The notes: generated by a model not told the origin, from the letters alone. Positions 28,931-41,676 are shown, numbered from the stretch's first letter. The stretch is 64,000 nt of DNA from Spirochaetaceae bacterium (GCA_965224705.1 OZ245056.1:320001-384000); one strand, 5' to 3'. Numbers and translations: made by a program.

Positions 28931-30169
28931 TTATTTGACCTTTGATGCTACGGCATCCCTGACTTTTCCAGCCAACTGTGAGCATCGTGATCGTATCTTT
29001 GAAATGTCATCATTCGTTGGTTTTCCAAGGAATTCAAGCGGTTCCACACAATCCCAATTGACTTTGTATCTGGTCATCAACTCCTCAAATTCATTTTGAG
29101 CACCCCCGGACCAGCCGTAGGATCCCATTCGGAAGACCTTGCGATTAAGGAACTTCTTCTTGCATAATTCATCTATGACCGCAAACATGGGGGGGAATAT
29201 CTTGTATTCGTAGGTCGGCATGGCAAAAACTAAACCTGTTGAAGGCCATGCGGAAGTCAGAATATCACCCAGATTATCTTCGGGAACCCGATGTACGTTC
29301 ACTTTCAGACCTTCGGTTTTCAGTGTGTCAATGGCAGGCTGTATCGCTAATTCCGTATTGCCATACATGGAACTCCAGATGACTGTTACTTCATTCTCGC
29401 ATGGTCCTTTTTGATAGGAAGCGTAGCGCACAAAATCGTTGACGATTTTCATCGGATCTTTGCGCCAGACTATTCCATGACCGGGAGCAATAATTTTTAT
29501 TGGTAATGGTGAAGCTTTTTTAATGGCCTTGAGTACGGGCTGAGAAAATGCCGAAACGATATTGGAATAGTACCGAACAGCTTCCTGTTCAAAGAAATCA
29601 ATCTGTTCCTGGGAGAGTTGATCATCGTACGGGGATTCGTCAATTGCACCAAAGGATCCAAAGGCATCGCAGGGCATCAAAGTGCCGGATTTTGTATCAA
29701 AAGTAGCAATCGTCTCCGGCCAGTGGACATTGGGTATTTCGGCAAATGCAAGAACTCGTCCATCTCCAAGATCCAGAGTACTGCCATCACCAACAGCCAT
29801 GATTTTGTCTTCAGGAAAATCAAAGAATCCCTTCATCAGCGGAACAGCTTTCTTGCTGGTTACAACGGTGAAGTTGGGCCTGATTTTGCGGAAGTTTTCA
29901 ATCCATCCCGAGTGATCGGGTTCCATATGATTAACAATGACATAATCAATGGAATCAGGGTTCACATCGATCTCTTCAAACTGTTTGAACAGGGTTTCGG
30001 GCACTCCGTCCCAACCGCAAACTCCATCGACTATGGCTGTTTTCTCGCCTTTAACGATGTAGGAGTTCATGGCGACACCGTTTGGTATGGGCCAGAGTCC
30101 TTCAAACAGAATGTCTTTCATGTTGGCTGACAGCCGATAAATTCCTTCAGTAACTATTGTTGCATTCAT
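28931..30169 (-). CDS. fprA: Flavodiiron protein (FprA/NorV-type A-type flavoprotein)
   Basis: NHMEPDHSG, HWPE, DAFG, PGHG and flavodoxin SMYGNT/GSYGW motifs. Start chosen after the GGAGG RBS. Confidence 0.92.
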   Translation of the reverse strand: MNATIVTEGIYRLSANMKDILFEGLWPIPNGVAMNSYIVKGEKTAIVDGVCGWDGVPETLFKQFEEIDVNPDSIDYVIVNHMEPDHSGWIENFRKIRPNFTVVTSKKAVPLMKGFFDFPEDKIMAVGDGSTLDLGDGRVLAFAEIPNVHWPETIATFDTKSGTLMPCDAFGSFGAIDESPYDDQLSQEQIDFFEQEAVRYYSNIVSAFSQPVLKAIKKASPLPIKIIAPGHGIVWRKDPMKIVNDFVRYASYQKGPCENEVTVIWSSMYGNTELAIQPAIDTLKTEGLKVNVHRVPEDNLGDILTSAWPSTGLVFAMPTYEYKIFPPMFAVIDELCKKKFLNRKVFRMGSYGWSGGAQNEFEELMTRYKVNWDCVEPLEFLGKPTNDDISKIRSRCSQLAGKVRDAVASKVK

Positions 30170-30243
30170 TATGCTACCTCCATTCAATTTTTGATACTAG
30201 CTTGCATGCAGACATTGATCAAGTGCAAATGTATAATGGTACT

Positions 30244-30639
30244 ATGATTGATACGGTTGAACGACACAGAAATGAGTCACGTGAAGAGCTTCTACAGGAA
30301 ATAGAAGAATTTGAGCGAGAGCGCGAACAGCTTAAACAGGTTCTAGGGCAGATAGGTGGTCAGAAATCTTCAAAAATTGATTTCTGGATTAATATTACTT
30401 TTCTGGTTGTGGTTTTATTCCTTTTTGTTCTGGAAATTACTACAGAGATTCTGCCTGGTTCTTTCTCGTTGGAAATTGGCTTGCTGCTTGTTTCTATAAA
30501 GATTGTATTTATGATGCATACGCAGCAAAAGGTTAATCATTTTCAATTCTGGATATTGAATTCCATTGAATTCCGGATGAATGACATGGTGAAGAAGATT
30601 CGTCGAATGGAACGTACAGGTAATCCGGAGGAGGATTAA
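30244..30639 (+). CDS. Hypothetical membrane protein (coiled coil plus two TM helices)
   Basis: Charged coil, two hydrophobic segments and a NHFQFWILNSIEFR motif. Confidence 0.7.
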   Translation: MIDTVERHRNESREELLQEIEEFEREREQLKQVLGQIGGQKSSKIDFWINITFLVVVLFLFVLEITTEILPGSFSLEIGLLLVSIKIVFMMHTQQKVNHFQFWILNSIEFRMNDMVKKIRRMERTGNPEED

Positions 30640-30662
30640 TCTATTCATACAAAGGAAATATC

Positions 30663-31610
30663 ATGACATACAAACAACTTGCAGGCATGAGTGCACTTCT
30701 TCTTTTCGTTGTTGTTAACCCTGTCCTTTTTGCAAGCGAGGGAACAGTCAATGATGCGGGATTCGCTTTTCCCTGGTGGGGGTGGGCATTTTTACTTCTT
30801 GCCGTCAGTTTCCTGCTTGGCATTCTGGCTGTTCTTGCTGGAGTTGGAGGTGGTATTCTTTACATCCCCATTGTCAGCATACTCTTTCCATTTCACATTG
30901 ATTTTGTACGAGGTGCTGCATTCATTGTTGTCCTGGCTGGAGCTCTGTCTGCTGCTCCTGGATTGCTCAGACGAGGTTTGGCCTCTCTTCGTCTGGCTTT
31001 GCCTATGGCTATGGCGAGTTCCATCGGCACATTTATTGGTTCCCATATGGGTTTAATTCTGCCGCGTCATTTAATTGAGATGGGTCTGGGGGGTGTTATC
31101 CTTGGGGTCATTTGCTTCATGGTTTTTGTTAAACGATCTGATCATCCAGAAACCGTAATTGTCAATAAGTTTGATTTACGTTTAGGAGTCAGTGATGAAT
31201 TCATTGATCAGACCACCGGTACTGTGATTCAATGGCAGGTCCATCGTTTGAAATCAGGTTTCCTTGTTTTTTTTATCATTGGTATTATGGCAGGCATGTT
31301 TGGTTTAGGAGCAGGATGGGCCAATGTTCCGGCACTTAATCTGCTGCTTGGGGCCCCATTAAAAGTTGCAGCGGCTACCAGTATGATTATCATTGCAATC
31401 AATGAATCAGTAGCATCCTGGGTGTACCTGAATAATGGGGCAGTTTTACCTGCTATTGTTGTGCCATCTCTGGCAGGAATGATGATGGGGACGCGGTTGG
31501 GAGTGAAGTTATTAGGTAGCACAAATCCAAAAGTAGTTCGCCGTATTGTGATCGTTGTTCTTGTTCTGGCCAGTATGAGGTCATTTTTATCAGGAGTTGA
31601 GGTGTTATAG
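30663..31610 (+). CDS. Sulfite exporter TauE/SafE (TSUP) family permease
   Basis: GVGGG and G.FGLGAGW..VP repeats, K.AAATS motif. Confidence 0.85.
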   Translation: MTYKQLAGMSALLLFVVVNPVLFASEGTVNDAGFAFPWWGWAFLLLAVSFLLGILAVLAGVGGGILYIPIVSILFPFHIDFVRGAAFIVVLAGALSAAPGLLRRGLASLRLALPMAMASSIGTFIGSHMGLILPRHLIEMGLGGVILGVICFMVFVKRSDHPETVIVNKFDLRLGVSDEFIDQTTGTVIQWQVHRLKSGFLVFFIIGIMAGMFGLGAGWANVPALNLLLGAPLKVAAATSMIIIAINESVASWVYLNNGAVLPAIVVPSLAGMMMGTRLGVKLLGSTNPKVVRRIVIVVLVLASMRSFLSGVEVL

Positions 31611-31994
31611 ATGAATCGAATAGATACCCAGACTGCAAACTGGTTTCACTGGATGGGATTGGCTGGACTATTCTCCGCAGTTGTATTTTTTTTACTCTAT
31701 GGGTTTGGTTTTCCAGAAACTGATATGCCCATAGATGAATCAATGAAATACTGGGATAAATCAGTCGAGGAATACCACCAGATCGCAGGTTCAACCAGAC
31801 TGACGAACCTGTTCCAAGATCTTCCAGACAGCAATACTCTGTCCATTCTTTCCCTGGTTCTTCTTCTCAGTGCTACACCCCTGACTCTGCTGGGACTCAT
31901 AGTCAATTTTTTTTACAGGAAAGAAATTATTCAATCCTTGTTTGCTCTGGGCATCATTGCTGTTTTAACAGGGGCGGTTCTGGGGTTCCCATGA
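31611..31994 (+). CDS. Small membrane protein accompanying the TSUP permease (DUF1634-like)
   Basis: Three hydrophobic segments and an LL.ATP motif. It abuts the TSUP stop. Confidence 0.6.
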   Translation: MNRIDTQTANWFHWMGLAGLFSAVVFFLLYGFGFPETDMPIDESMKYWDKSVEEYHQIAGSTRLTNLFQDLPDSNTLSILSLVLLLSATPLTLLGLIVNFFYRKEIIQSLFALGIIAVLTGAVLGFP

Positions 31995-32022
31995 GGAGAA
32001 TTCTATCCGGCGTTCTGCAGGC

Positions 32023-32862
32023 TTAACTTTTCTCAGCAGGAGTCAAATCTTTTTTCCATGTAACAGTTTTCTGCTGGAATCCATTCCTTTCCAGCCAGGG
32101 ATGGAGAAGACGTCCCGTATCGGGGATGCTGATGATTAGTTCTACGGCACCCAGTGCAACAGCATCAGAAACGCATCGGTCAACAAGAAGCCTCCCAATT
32201 CCAAGACCCCGATAATCAGGCAGTACATAGGGACAGCGGATATTGACCACCGGAAGATTGTTCCGGGTTTCGAGATAGATGGATGAAAACCCAACCAATT
32301 CTCCGGCAGGTATCATAGCTACAATGGAATTCTCCCGGCTGATCTCGGCAGCAGATGATACCTGCCAGTTTGTGATGATATCGATATCATCTTCGGAAGC
32401 CTTTCTTATAGTAAAATCCATGGCGGTGACATCTTCCCAATCCTCCGGTGCTGCTGGATGAAGGTTTTCCAGAACCAATGCATCTGACCATCGGTTCAGC
32501 CAGACTATAGCAATTCGCCTCATCTCCCTCTGTTTAAAACGCCGCCAGTGGTTATTCATTTCTGGCCTTTCAGCCAGAATGTTCTTGAAACGCCGAAAAA
32601 CTCCTGATCTGGAGCCAAGGACATTCCTCAGCATACGGGAAAAACTCGAGGGGGGGAGGCTTCCCACAAACATATCCATCAGGCGGAATCCATCGACTGG
32701 TCCCCATGCAGGCATGGGGATCAAAGTTGTATCATCATCAATCTCCTCTGATACAAGCATACCGTTGTGAGGATTGAGAAAAAGTTTTTCAACCTGGTTT
32801 TCCATCCCATACACAATGCGATCAAGAATCTCATCGGTAATGGTCAAACGAAGTGAATTCAT
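32023..32862 (-). CDS. UPF0158-like domain fused to a GNAT acetyltransferase
   Basis: GFRLM..F, GVFRRFK..L...W..F..RE motifs in the N-half. YV.PDYRGLGIGRLL acetyl-CoA motif in the C-half. Confidence 0.75.
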   Translation of the reverse strand: MNSLRLTITDEILDRIVYGMENQVEKLFLNPHNGMLVSEEIDDDTTLIPMPAWGPVDGFRLMDMFVGSLPPSSFSRMLRNVLGSRSGVFRRFKNILAERPEMNNHWRRFKQREMRRIAIVWLNRWSDALVLENLHPAAPEDWEDVTAMDFTIRKASEDDIDIITNWQVSSAAEISRENSIVAMIPAGELVGFSSIYLETRNNLPVVNIRCPYVLPDYRGLGIGRLLVDRCVSDAVALGAVELIISIPDTGRLLHPWLERNGFQQKTVTWKKDLTPAEKS

Positions 32863-32957
32863 AGCAGTATTCTATCGTGGAAAAAATGATGAGAAAAGAT
32901 GAACAGGCGTCCCTGGAAATGTCTTGACTCAAACCCCGCCAGGAAGGATGATGATAG

Positions 32958-34307
<1,350 letters not shown>

Positions 34308-34315
34308 AAACCCCT

Positions 34316-34364
34316 GTCAGGCTCGTTATAACTTAGTAAGAAAACAATTTATAAGGAGTCTGAC
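34316..34364 (+). terminator. Stem-loop downstream of eno
   Basis: GTCAGGCTC.TTATAA ... TTATAA.GAGTCTGAC inverted repeat. Confidence 0.45.
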
Positions 34365-34482
34365 CATGTCATTCTCTCACTGTCCCAGCCCGAAATGTAT
34401 CCATTTCAGTGCCCCGAAGCAAAAAAACTGGTTTTTGATACATATTTCCCACCACACAGATCTGCTGCATGTGAAGGTCTAG

Positions 34483-34643
34483 GAGTCTGTCGGACTTTAA
34501 GGCTTCGAGGCGATTTTTGATGATTTTTTCCTGATGCAAGGCGACAAAAACGGAGCGTAGCTGGGCTACGTGAGTATTTTGGCAACGCAGCAGCAGGGAA
34601 AAAGGGCAAAAATCGAGCCGTGAGGCGTAAGTCCGACAGACTC
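34483..34643. mobile_element. 161-bp MITE, copy 1
   Basis: Terminal inverted repeats GAGTCTGTCGGACTT...AAGTCCGACAGACTC. Flanks CTAG/CTGG (imperfect 4-bp duplication). Confidence 0.9.
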
Positions 34644-34684
34644 CTGGGAGGAGATTGGACTCCCGGGATGGGTTGAAGGGGGTT

Positions 34685-35203
34685 TTACAGGCTTTCTGAC
34701 ACCGGGTAAGGATTAAACAAACACTTGTTCGGGTCCGAACAGGTCATTTTTTTGAAATGGTTTTGTCTATGGACTTCATAGGCTGCAATTCCAACACTAA
34801 CAGCCAGGTTTAAAGACCGTGCTTGAGATAACATGGGTATGCGCAGACATCGTTCAGGCTGTGAAAGCAGCAGTTCATGGGGCAATCCAGCCGTTTCTTT
34901 ACCGAAAACCAGAAATGCTTCTATTTCATATTGAGCTTTATCCACTCGCTTTCCTGCCTTTGTTGTAAAAAACCACAATGGGGCATTCGGGTAAGCCTTG
35001 CGAAAATCAAGCCAGCTGGAATGGCATTCCACTGCAAGTTTCTTCCAGTAATCCAATCCCGATCTTCTCAGATATTTATCCTCAAGTGAGAACCCCAGGG
35101 GCTCAATAAGGTGTAGTTTGGCGTTCAATGCCAGACAGGTTCTCCCTATGCTTCCGGTATTCTGGGGGATTTCCGGCTCGTACAGTACTATATGAAGTTC
35201 CAT
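34685..35203 (-). CDS. trmL: tRNA (cytidine/uridine-34 2'-O)-methyltransferase
   Basis: VLYEPEIPQNTG.IGR, RRSGLDYW, FGKET.GLP and RSLNLA motifs. Confidence 0.93.
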   Translation of the reverse strand: MELHIVLYEPEIPQNTGSIGRTCLALNAKLHLIEPLGFSLEDKYLRRSGLDYWKKLAVECHSSWLDFRKAYPNAPLWFFTTKAGKRVDKAQYEIEAFLVFGKETAGLPHELLLSQPERCLRIPMLSQARSLNLAVSVGIAAYEVHRQNHFKKMTCSDPNKCLFNPYPVSESL

Positions 35204-35296
35204 TCCACACCCATTATGGCATATTTACTAAAAATCATTGTAAGTACAATGATATCCTGAATGAAAGAGTCTGTATTGCCATCAGATCAACTGGTA

Positions 35297-37369
35297 TCAG
35301 TCCATCAAAACCCTATTCTGTATATTTTGTACCCTGGTTATCATCAGTACTTCCGGGATTGCCCTGATACTTCTTGAGATCTTTTTGAAGTCATCAGAAC
35401 TGAGCATCTCAATTGTAAAGAAACCATCTAATTCTCCGCGTTCATTTTCGTCAAGACTGCCGGAGATGAGATGTCCCTGGTGCTTCCTTATTGAACCTTC
35501 AATTTTACTGAAAAGATTGTGTGTATAACTTGCATGGATTCTAAACTTCTGTATGGATTTATGACTGAAAGTCTCCCACTCAACATGGATACGCCGTTCT
35601 TCAAAATCTTCAATTCCTTTGAGATTGGGACAGTTTTTCTTATGGACAATGATACCCCGCCCTCGGGATATGTAACCAATGATCTGCTCCCCAGATGCAG
35701 GAGAGCAGCAGCGGCTGATCTTAATCAGGGTATTGCGCTCATTATTTATTGCCACTCCAGCTTTGTCGGGATCTATTACCTGAGTTTCCAGTTTGTTTTC
35801 TCCGGCATTATCCTTAATTGAGGTGGTTGGTGATTTTTTCGCAACAATATCGCGGTCGATGACAACACTGGAATCATTTTTATTCAGCCATGCACGTATT
35901 TTATTTCGGGCCCGGGAACTCCTGACATGTTTGAGCCAGTTCACATGAGGGTGGGCTGATTTGGAGGTGAGTATATGTACTGTCTGTGTATTTTTGAGAG
36001 GCCGGTTAAGAGGAGTTATACTTCCATCCGCCCTGGCTCCCGAGCAGTGAGTCCCAATTTCTGAATGAATGTGGTAGGCAAAATCAATCGCTGTTGAGCC
36101 TTCCGGAAGCTCAATGGGCTCTCCCTGGGGAGTGTAAACTATGATGGAGTCCCGTAATACATCCTGCTTGATGGCATTTAAGAATTCTCCTGCATCATCA
36201 TGTCCCTCAGCCTTCAAAACCTGAAGTTGTCTTACAACAGCAATTTCGGATGGTAGAAACTGATCAGGATTCTTACCCACCTTGTAGGCCCAGTGAGCAG
36301 CTATACCATATTCGGCGGTTTCATGCATCTTTTGACTGCGGATTTGAATTTCCAGCCGACGACCTCCCTCTGTGAGGACAGATGTATGAATACTCTGATA
36401 TCCATTACTCTTGGGGTGTGCAATGTAATCCTTCATACGGCCTTCAAGGGGAAGCAGGATTCTGTGGACAATTCCCAGCATCAAATAGCATGCATCGGCC
36501 GAAACACAGATAATTCTCATCCCCAATAAATCATAGATTTCAGGAAGATCCTTATTTCTATCTTTCATCTTCCTGTAAATGGAGTAAAAATGCTTTGCAC
36601 GAGCCTCAATCTTCACCTTGATTTTAGCCTTTAATGCCGCCTGTATGAGTTTTTGTTTCACCTCATTGAGGTGTTGACTTCTCTCTTCTTTTTTTAAATC
36701 GACATGATCCCGGATTTGGGCGAAAAAATCAGGTTTCAGGTATTTGAAACTCAGGTCTTCCAGTTCAGACTTCAGGGAACTCATTCCAAGTTTCCCCGTC
36801 ATAGGGGCATATATTTCAAGGCATTCTCCAGCTATACGACGCCGTCTGCTGTCATCCTGAATGAATTGAAGAGTACTCATATTGTGTCTCTTGTCGGCGA
36901 GTTTTATGAGAATTACCCGAAGGTCATCCACCATGGCCCAAACCATTTTTCGGAGGCTGGCCGCCTTTCGAGAACCTTTACCAATGTTGATATCATCGAT
37001 TTTTGTGACCCCATCAACCAGTGTACAGACCTCTTCACCGAAATGAGCCACCAGTTCATCATGACTGACATCAGTGTCTTCCAGTACATCGTGAAGCAGG
37101 GCACTGATAATGGTGGATGGATCCATCTTCAGTTCAATCAGTATTTCTGCAACTCTCAAGGGATGAATAATATATGGTTCACCGGATTCCCGTTTCTGTC
37201 CCTCATGATTCTTTCTTGACCAATGCAGAGCGTTGAGAATTTTGCGGCGGTTCGTCCGTGAATAGATGCTCAGACGCCCGGTAAACTGACGAATACTCGA
37301 TTCCAGATCCTTTTCAGTGAGTATCAGATCTTTGTCAATCCAGTTCATCATTTCCCCTGAAGTAACCAT
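35297..37369 (-). CDS. rel: Bifunctional (p)ppGpp synthetase/hydrolase (long RSH)
   Basis: H.GQ.R.SGEPYI.HP, HDVLED, PK.NGYQS.HT and EIQIR motifs, with TGS and CC domains. The exact start (37369 vs ~37351) is uncertain. Confidence 0.93.
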   Translation of the reverse strand: MVTSGEMMNWIDKDLILTEKDLESSIRQFTGRLSIYSRTNRRKILNALHWSRKNHEGQKRESGEPYIIHPLRVAEILIELKMDPSTIISALLHDVLEDTDVSHDELVAHFGEEVCTLVDGVTKIDDINIGKGSRKAASLRKMVWAMVDDLRVILIKLADKRHNMSTLQFIQDDSRRRRIAGECLEIYAPMTGKLGMSSLKSELEDLSFKYLKPDFFAQIRDHVDLKKEERSQHLNEVKQKLIQAALKAKIKVKIEARAKHFYSIYRKMKDRNKDLPEIYDLLGMRIICVSADACYLMLGIVHRILLPLEGRMKDYIAHPKSNGYQSIHTSVLTEGGRRLEIQIRSQKMHETAEYGIAAHWAYKVGKNPDQFLPSEIAVVRQLQVLKAEGHDDAGEFLNAIKQDVLRDSIIVYTPQGEPIELPEGSTAIDFAYHIHSEIGTHCSGARADGSITPLNRPLKNTQTVHILTSKSAHPHVNWLKHVRSSRARNKIRAWLNKNDSSVVIDRDIVAKKSPTTSIKDNAGENKLETQVIDPDKAGVAINNERNTLIKISRCCSPASGEQIIGYISRGRGIIVHKKNCPNLKGIEDFEERRIHVEWETFSHKSIQKFRIHASYTHNLFSKIEGSIRKHQGHLISGSLDENERGELDGFFTIEMLSSDDFKKISRSIRAIPEVLMITRVQNIQNRVLMD

Positions 37370-38204
37370 AAATCACCCTATCACGATTACCAAGATCCTT
37401 CCTGATACCGATGGATTCAAACCTGTTTCCCAGGAGTATCTTTCTCACAGTGTTCATTTGTAATGGACTCACTTCCAATAGTAGAATTCCTCCGGGCTTT
37501 AGATGGTACGCAGCTTGATGTACAAGTTGGCTCACCAGGCTCAGTCCATCTCCTTCACCTCCATCCAGTGCTTCTGCCGGTTCTTTCCAGCCCCGGGTCC
37601 TCTTCTCCAATACTTCACCACTGGTGAGGTAGGGTGGATTGGAAACAATTATATCCAATGAATTAAAGATGCCAACAAGTAGACAGGTCTGAATGTATTT
37701 TATTCGGCCATTTACGAGTTTTCTGTTATTTATATGGAAGTATTTTCCTGCAGCATCGGATATATCTGATGCAGAGATCTCCCAACAGGGATGTTCAACA
37801 GCAAGGGAAACAGCCAGGGGGCCTGGACCACAGCAACAGTCATGGAGATGACCAGGGGTCATTTTCTCCATGAATTCAAGAGTTGTTTCAACAAGTATCT
37901 CCGTATCCGGTCTGGGGCAGAGAACACCTGGTCCCACTTTGAAATCCATACCCCAGAATTCTCTGCTCCCGGTAATCCAGGAAACTGGTTCACCATTCAC
38001 TCGTCGATGGAGTAGATCATCAAAGATGGTCATTTCAACTGACCCAACATCTTCCCTGAGATTCATGTAGAGCTTCTCTCGATTCAAACCAAGGGCATGA
38101 GCAAGAAGCAGGGAGGCATCCAGATGCGGGGTATCCGAATCGCAATGTTCCAGAGTTTTCCGAGCATCATTGAGAATGTCCCTGATGGTCATGAAATCAT
38201 TCAC
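37335..38204 (-). CDS. prmC: Release factor glutamine methyltransferase
   Basis: GEP...ITG.REF, PRPDTE.LVE and SNPPY motifs. It follows prfA. Confidence 0.92.
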   Translation of the reverse strand: MNDFMTIRDILNDARKTLEHCDSDTPHLDASLLLAHALGLNREKLYMNLREDVGSVEMTIFDDLLHRRVNGEPVSWITGSREFWGMDFKVGPGVLCPRPDTEILVETTLEFMEKMTPGHLHDCCCGPGPLAVSLAVEHPCWEISASDISDAAGKYFHINNRKLVNGRIKYIQTCLLVGIFNSLDIIVSNPPYLTSGEVLEKRTRGWKEPAEALDGGEGDGLSLVSQLVHQAAYHLKPGGILLLEVSPLQMNTVRKILLGNRFESIGIRKDLGNRDRVIYGYFRGNDELD

Positions 38205-39300
38205 TCAGAGCTGTTTTGATGGCATGTACTTTCAGAGATTCAATAAACTCGTTTATCTCTCCCTGCATCACATGGTCGAGTTTATAGAGTGTGAGGTTGA
38301 TGCGGTGATCAGTTACCCTGTTCTGTGGAAAATTATACGTGCGAATCCGTTCTGATCGATCACCACTCCCCACCTGGCTTTTACGGCTGGCGGCCCGCTC
38401 GGCTTGTTTTTTGGATTCCACAGCTTCGTATAAACGGCTGCGCAAAACCCTCATGGCCCTGGCTCTGTTCTTAATTTGACTTTTTTCATCCTGGCAGATT
38501 ACGACAAGTCCTGAGGGCAGATGGGTAATCCGTACTGCAGAATCCGTTGTATTAACACTCTGCCCCCCAGGACCACTTGAGCGGTATACATCAATTTTTA
38601 GGTCAGCATCATCAAGTTCAATATCCGTCTCTTCTGCTTCGGGAAGCACGGCTACCGTTACGGCTGAGGTATGAATTCGGCCCTGAGATTCAGTGATCGG
38701 GACTCGTTGAACACGGTGGACACCTGATTCGTAGCGTAAATCGCCGTAAACACTTTTACCTGTAACGGAGAAAATGATTTCTTTGAATCCTCCAGCTTCG
38801 GATTCACTGGATTCCATTATTTCAATCTTCCATCGTCGTGTTTCGGCATAGCGGCTGTAAACTCTGTAGAGGTCAGCAGCAAAGATACTCGCCTCGTCAC
38901 CACCTGTTCCAGCTCGTATTTCAATTATTATGTTCTTTCCATCAAGGGGATCCCGTGGAATGATGAGGAGTTTTAATTGATCAATACATCTTTCCAAAGA
39001 TTTTTCAAGGGGAGGAATTTCCTGGATGGCCATTTCTCTCAGTTCAGGATCAAATTCAGATTCAGCCATTTGCTGTGCATCATCCAGCTCAGATTTTTTC
39101 GATAGAAAGTCCGCATAGGTAGACATGGTTTCTTCCATATGCCCATATTCCTGCATGGTTTCCTTGTATAGTTTTGGATTTTTGGGAAGATTGGGATCGG
39201 CAATGCTCTCCTGCAGCTCTTTGTATCGAATCTTCAGAGCATTCAGCCGTTGTTCCAACAAAGTTGTATCAGTCATGGTGTCTACCTTAACCGAATTCAT
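38197..39300 (-). CDS. prfA: Peptide chain release factor 1
   Basis: [23 protein letters not shown] and [12 protein letters not shown] motifs. The start may be at 39276. Confidence 0.97.
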   Translation of the reverse strand: MNSVKVDTMTDTTLLEQRLNALKIRYKELQESIADPNLPKNPKLYKETMQEYGHMEETMSTYADFLSKKSELDDAQQMAESEFDPELREMAIQEIPPLEKSLERCIDQLKLLIIPRDPLDGKNIIIEIRAGTGGDEASIFAADLYRVYSRYAETRRWKIEIMESSESEAGGFKEIIFSVTGKSVYGDLRYESGVHRVQRVPITESQGRIHTSAVTVAVLPEAEETDIELDDADLKIDVYRSSGPGGQSVNTTDSAVRITHLPSGLVVICQDEKSQIKNRARAMRVLRSRLYEAVESKKQAERAASRKSQVGSGDRSERIRTYNFPQNRVTDHRINLTLYKLDHVMQGEINEFIESLKVHAIKTALSE

Positions 39301-39315
39301 GTTTCCAGGAAAGAG

Positions 39316-39945
39316 CTAAAATCCTACTGTTTCCTTACCACCGGGTAAAGGGGGGCTCGTCGATGCAGGAACTGGAGGTACTTTTCTCATTCCTGCGGTT
39401 CGGCTGAATCCGAAAAATGCCCCGCAGGCAGCTCCAATGATGTGAGAAATCTGAGAAATATCATCATACCGGAAAATTGCGAGGAATTCCTTGAATAAAT
39501 AAAGACCGATAACCAGGATTGCCGTAATTGGGAATTCCCCGGCTTTGATGTTGGCAAAACTAACCATGAGAATCAACATGAATGCTACACCGCTGGATCC
39601 CATGAGGGCTGAGTCAAAGAAAAAAGCATTGATCAATCCATTTACCAGAGCCGTGATAACAATCATCCAGGATAAGGACTTTGAACCAAATTTTTCTTCG
39701 AGTATGGGACCCAATAGGAGAATCAGAGTTAGATTGGACAGTAGATGATCCCAGTCCGCATGACCGAACACATGGGTCAGCATCCGCATATATGCTGGAA
39801 TATTATCTAATTGGAAGGTCACTGTACCTTCTGCTGTAAAAATTGCTTCAATGATTCCAGGGAGTACATATTGGTCAATTAGAAGAACTATTGTTGCAAT
39901 AACTGTAAAGGTAAGGGTGGTTGGGGCATTGTACTTCAATCTCAT
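39316..39945 (-). CDS. Rhomboid-family intramembrane serine protease
   Basis: H.FGH...HL..N, GSSG and H..GA motifs. Start placed at the ATG of MRLKYNAP. Confidence 0.85.
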   Translation of the reverse strand: MRLKYNAPTTLTFTVIATIVLLIDQYVLPGIIEAIFTAEGTVTFQLDNIPAYMRMLTHVFGHADWDHLLSNLTLILLLGPILEEKFGSKSLSWMIVITALVNGLINAFFFDSALMGSSGVAFMLILMVSFANIKAGEFPITAILVIGLYLFKEFLAIFRYDDISQISHIIGAACGAFFGFSRTAGMRKVPPVPASTSPPLPGGKETVGF

Positions 39946-40233
39946 ATAGAGTTTATCGGCTGTTTTATTGAGTTCGAAAATAGAAATATGCTCCGCTTCA
40001 GTGGTGGACCGCACGGCGTGGTACTTTGATCCTGTCCCGAAAAAATGGAGTGCTGGTTAAGCCAGGCTATAACAGGTTTCCTGACACTCATAGAGTATTA
40101 GTGACCGGAAGCCTGTAAAACGAAATAAGAGAGAATTCTTGATCTCTCGGGCAGGTGATTCTGATTACGGTCAAGGAAGAATTGTCTGGAAAGACTCTAT
40201 ATACCAATGTCAGAATTATAGTACTCTCTTACC

Positions 40234-41664
40234 ATGAGTGATACATCTGTCGGAAATAACTATCCAAGCCTCGAAGGAACCAAAACGCCTCTTCCCCAAC
40301 TGGAGAAGGAAGACTATTCCAGACTTCCCCGTTTAAGGAATGTTATTGCCATTGCCTTTCCCATGGTGATCAGTCAGGCCTCGGAAACAGTGAATCTATT
40401 TGTTGACAGATTATTCCTTTCCCGACTTGGAAAACTATACATAGCAGGAGCCATGACCGGGGGCATCACTGCATTTTGCGTGATGTCGTTTTTTATCGGC
40501 ATAGCAGGGTTTGTTAATGCTATTGTTGCTCAGCACCATGGTGCTGGAGAAAAACAAAAATGCTCCCAGGCAACTGTTCAGGCCATTTACTTGAATTTTG
40601 TGGGCTGGCCACTCATTCTATTTACCATTCCTCTGGTTGAAATGCTGCTCACGGGGCTGGGTCATCTTCCTGAACAAGTCGCCATAGAAATGTCTTACTT
40701 TCGTATACTCATCTATGGTTCCATTTTAGGATTGACCAGACAGGCCATCACCGGTTTTTTCATCGGACTGGGCCGAACCCGGATTGTCATGTTTGCCAAC
40801 TGTGTGAGTATGCTGGTCAACATACCGGCGAATTGGATTTTAATCTTTGGGAAATTCGGCATGCCGGCATTGGGTATTCAGGGAGCCGCTGCAGGAACTC
40901 TGCTGGGCAATGCCGTGGCCCTCGGAGTCCTTTTCGCAGTCTATTTTTCCAAACATTACAGGGAAGTATTTAATACAATCGGAGATTGGAGATTCAACAG
41001 GAAAATGATGAGAATTCTGTTAGAATTTGGTGCTCCTGCTGGAGGAGAGTTTTTTCTCAATGTGTTTGCATTCAATCTATTCATTCAGCTCATGCACTCA
41101 TACAATGCGGACACTGCCGTCGCAGTTACAATTGCCCTGAACTACGACATGCTGGCCTTTGTGCCTATGCTGGGTATTGGTTTTGCTGCGACCACTCTTT
41201 CCGGTCGTTATGTTGGAGCCCGTAACATTCCCGGAGCAGAACGAGCCACTCGCTTAAATCTGCTTACAGCCTGGACCGTTGGCTCGATATTTGTTATTAT
41301 TTTTGTGGCAGCAGCCCAGCCCCTGGTAAACTTGTTTTCTTCAGGACTTGAGGATAGAGGAGTGAACGTGGCCCCAATGGCCCGTACAATGCTTCGTCTG
41401 GCCGCCATCTACATCCTGGCTGATGCCACACAACTGGTTTTATCCGGTTCCCTCCGAGGAGCAGGCGACACAAAATTCATCATGTGGATATCGGTTATCA
41501 TGCATTGGGTTTTTGTCGGAATTCTCTGGTATGCGGTTAAAATTGCCATGATTTCTCCCATTTCCTCCTGGATTATCTTTATTGGCTTCGTTGTGCTGCT
41601 TGGTTGTGCCATGTTCCTCCGGTACAGATTTGGGAAGTGGCGTCAACTGAGTCTTGTCAGCTGA
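40234..41664 (+). CDS. MATE-family efflux transporter
   Basis: About 12 hydrophobic segments. N...NW.LIFGKFG.PALG..GAA and GSLRGAGDT motifs. Confidence 0.92.
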   Translation: MSDTSVGNNYPSLEGTKTPLPQLEKEDYSRLPRLRNVIAIAFPMVISQASETVNLFVDRLFLSRLGKLYIAGAMTGGITAFCVMSFFIGIAGFVNAIVAQHHGAGEKQKCSQATVQAIYLNFVGWPLILFTIPLVEMLLTGLGHLPEQVAIEMSYFRILIYGSILGLTRQAITGFFIGLGRTRIVMFANCVSMLVNIPANWILIFGKFGMPALGIQGAAAGTLLGNAVALGVLFAVYFSKHYREVFNTIGDWRFNRKMMRILLEFGAPAGGEFFLNVFAFNLFIQLMHSYNADTAVAVTIALNYDMLAFVPMLGIGFAATTLSGRYVGARNIPGAERATRLNLLTAWTVGSIFVIIFVAAAQPLVNLFSSGLEDRGVNVAPMARTMLRLAAIYILADATQLVLSGSLRGAGDTKFIMWISVIMHWVFVGILWYAVKIAMISPISSWIIFIGFVVLLGCAMFLRYRFGKWRQLSLVS

Positions 41665-41676
41665 AGACATTCCTTC

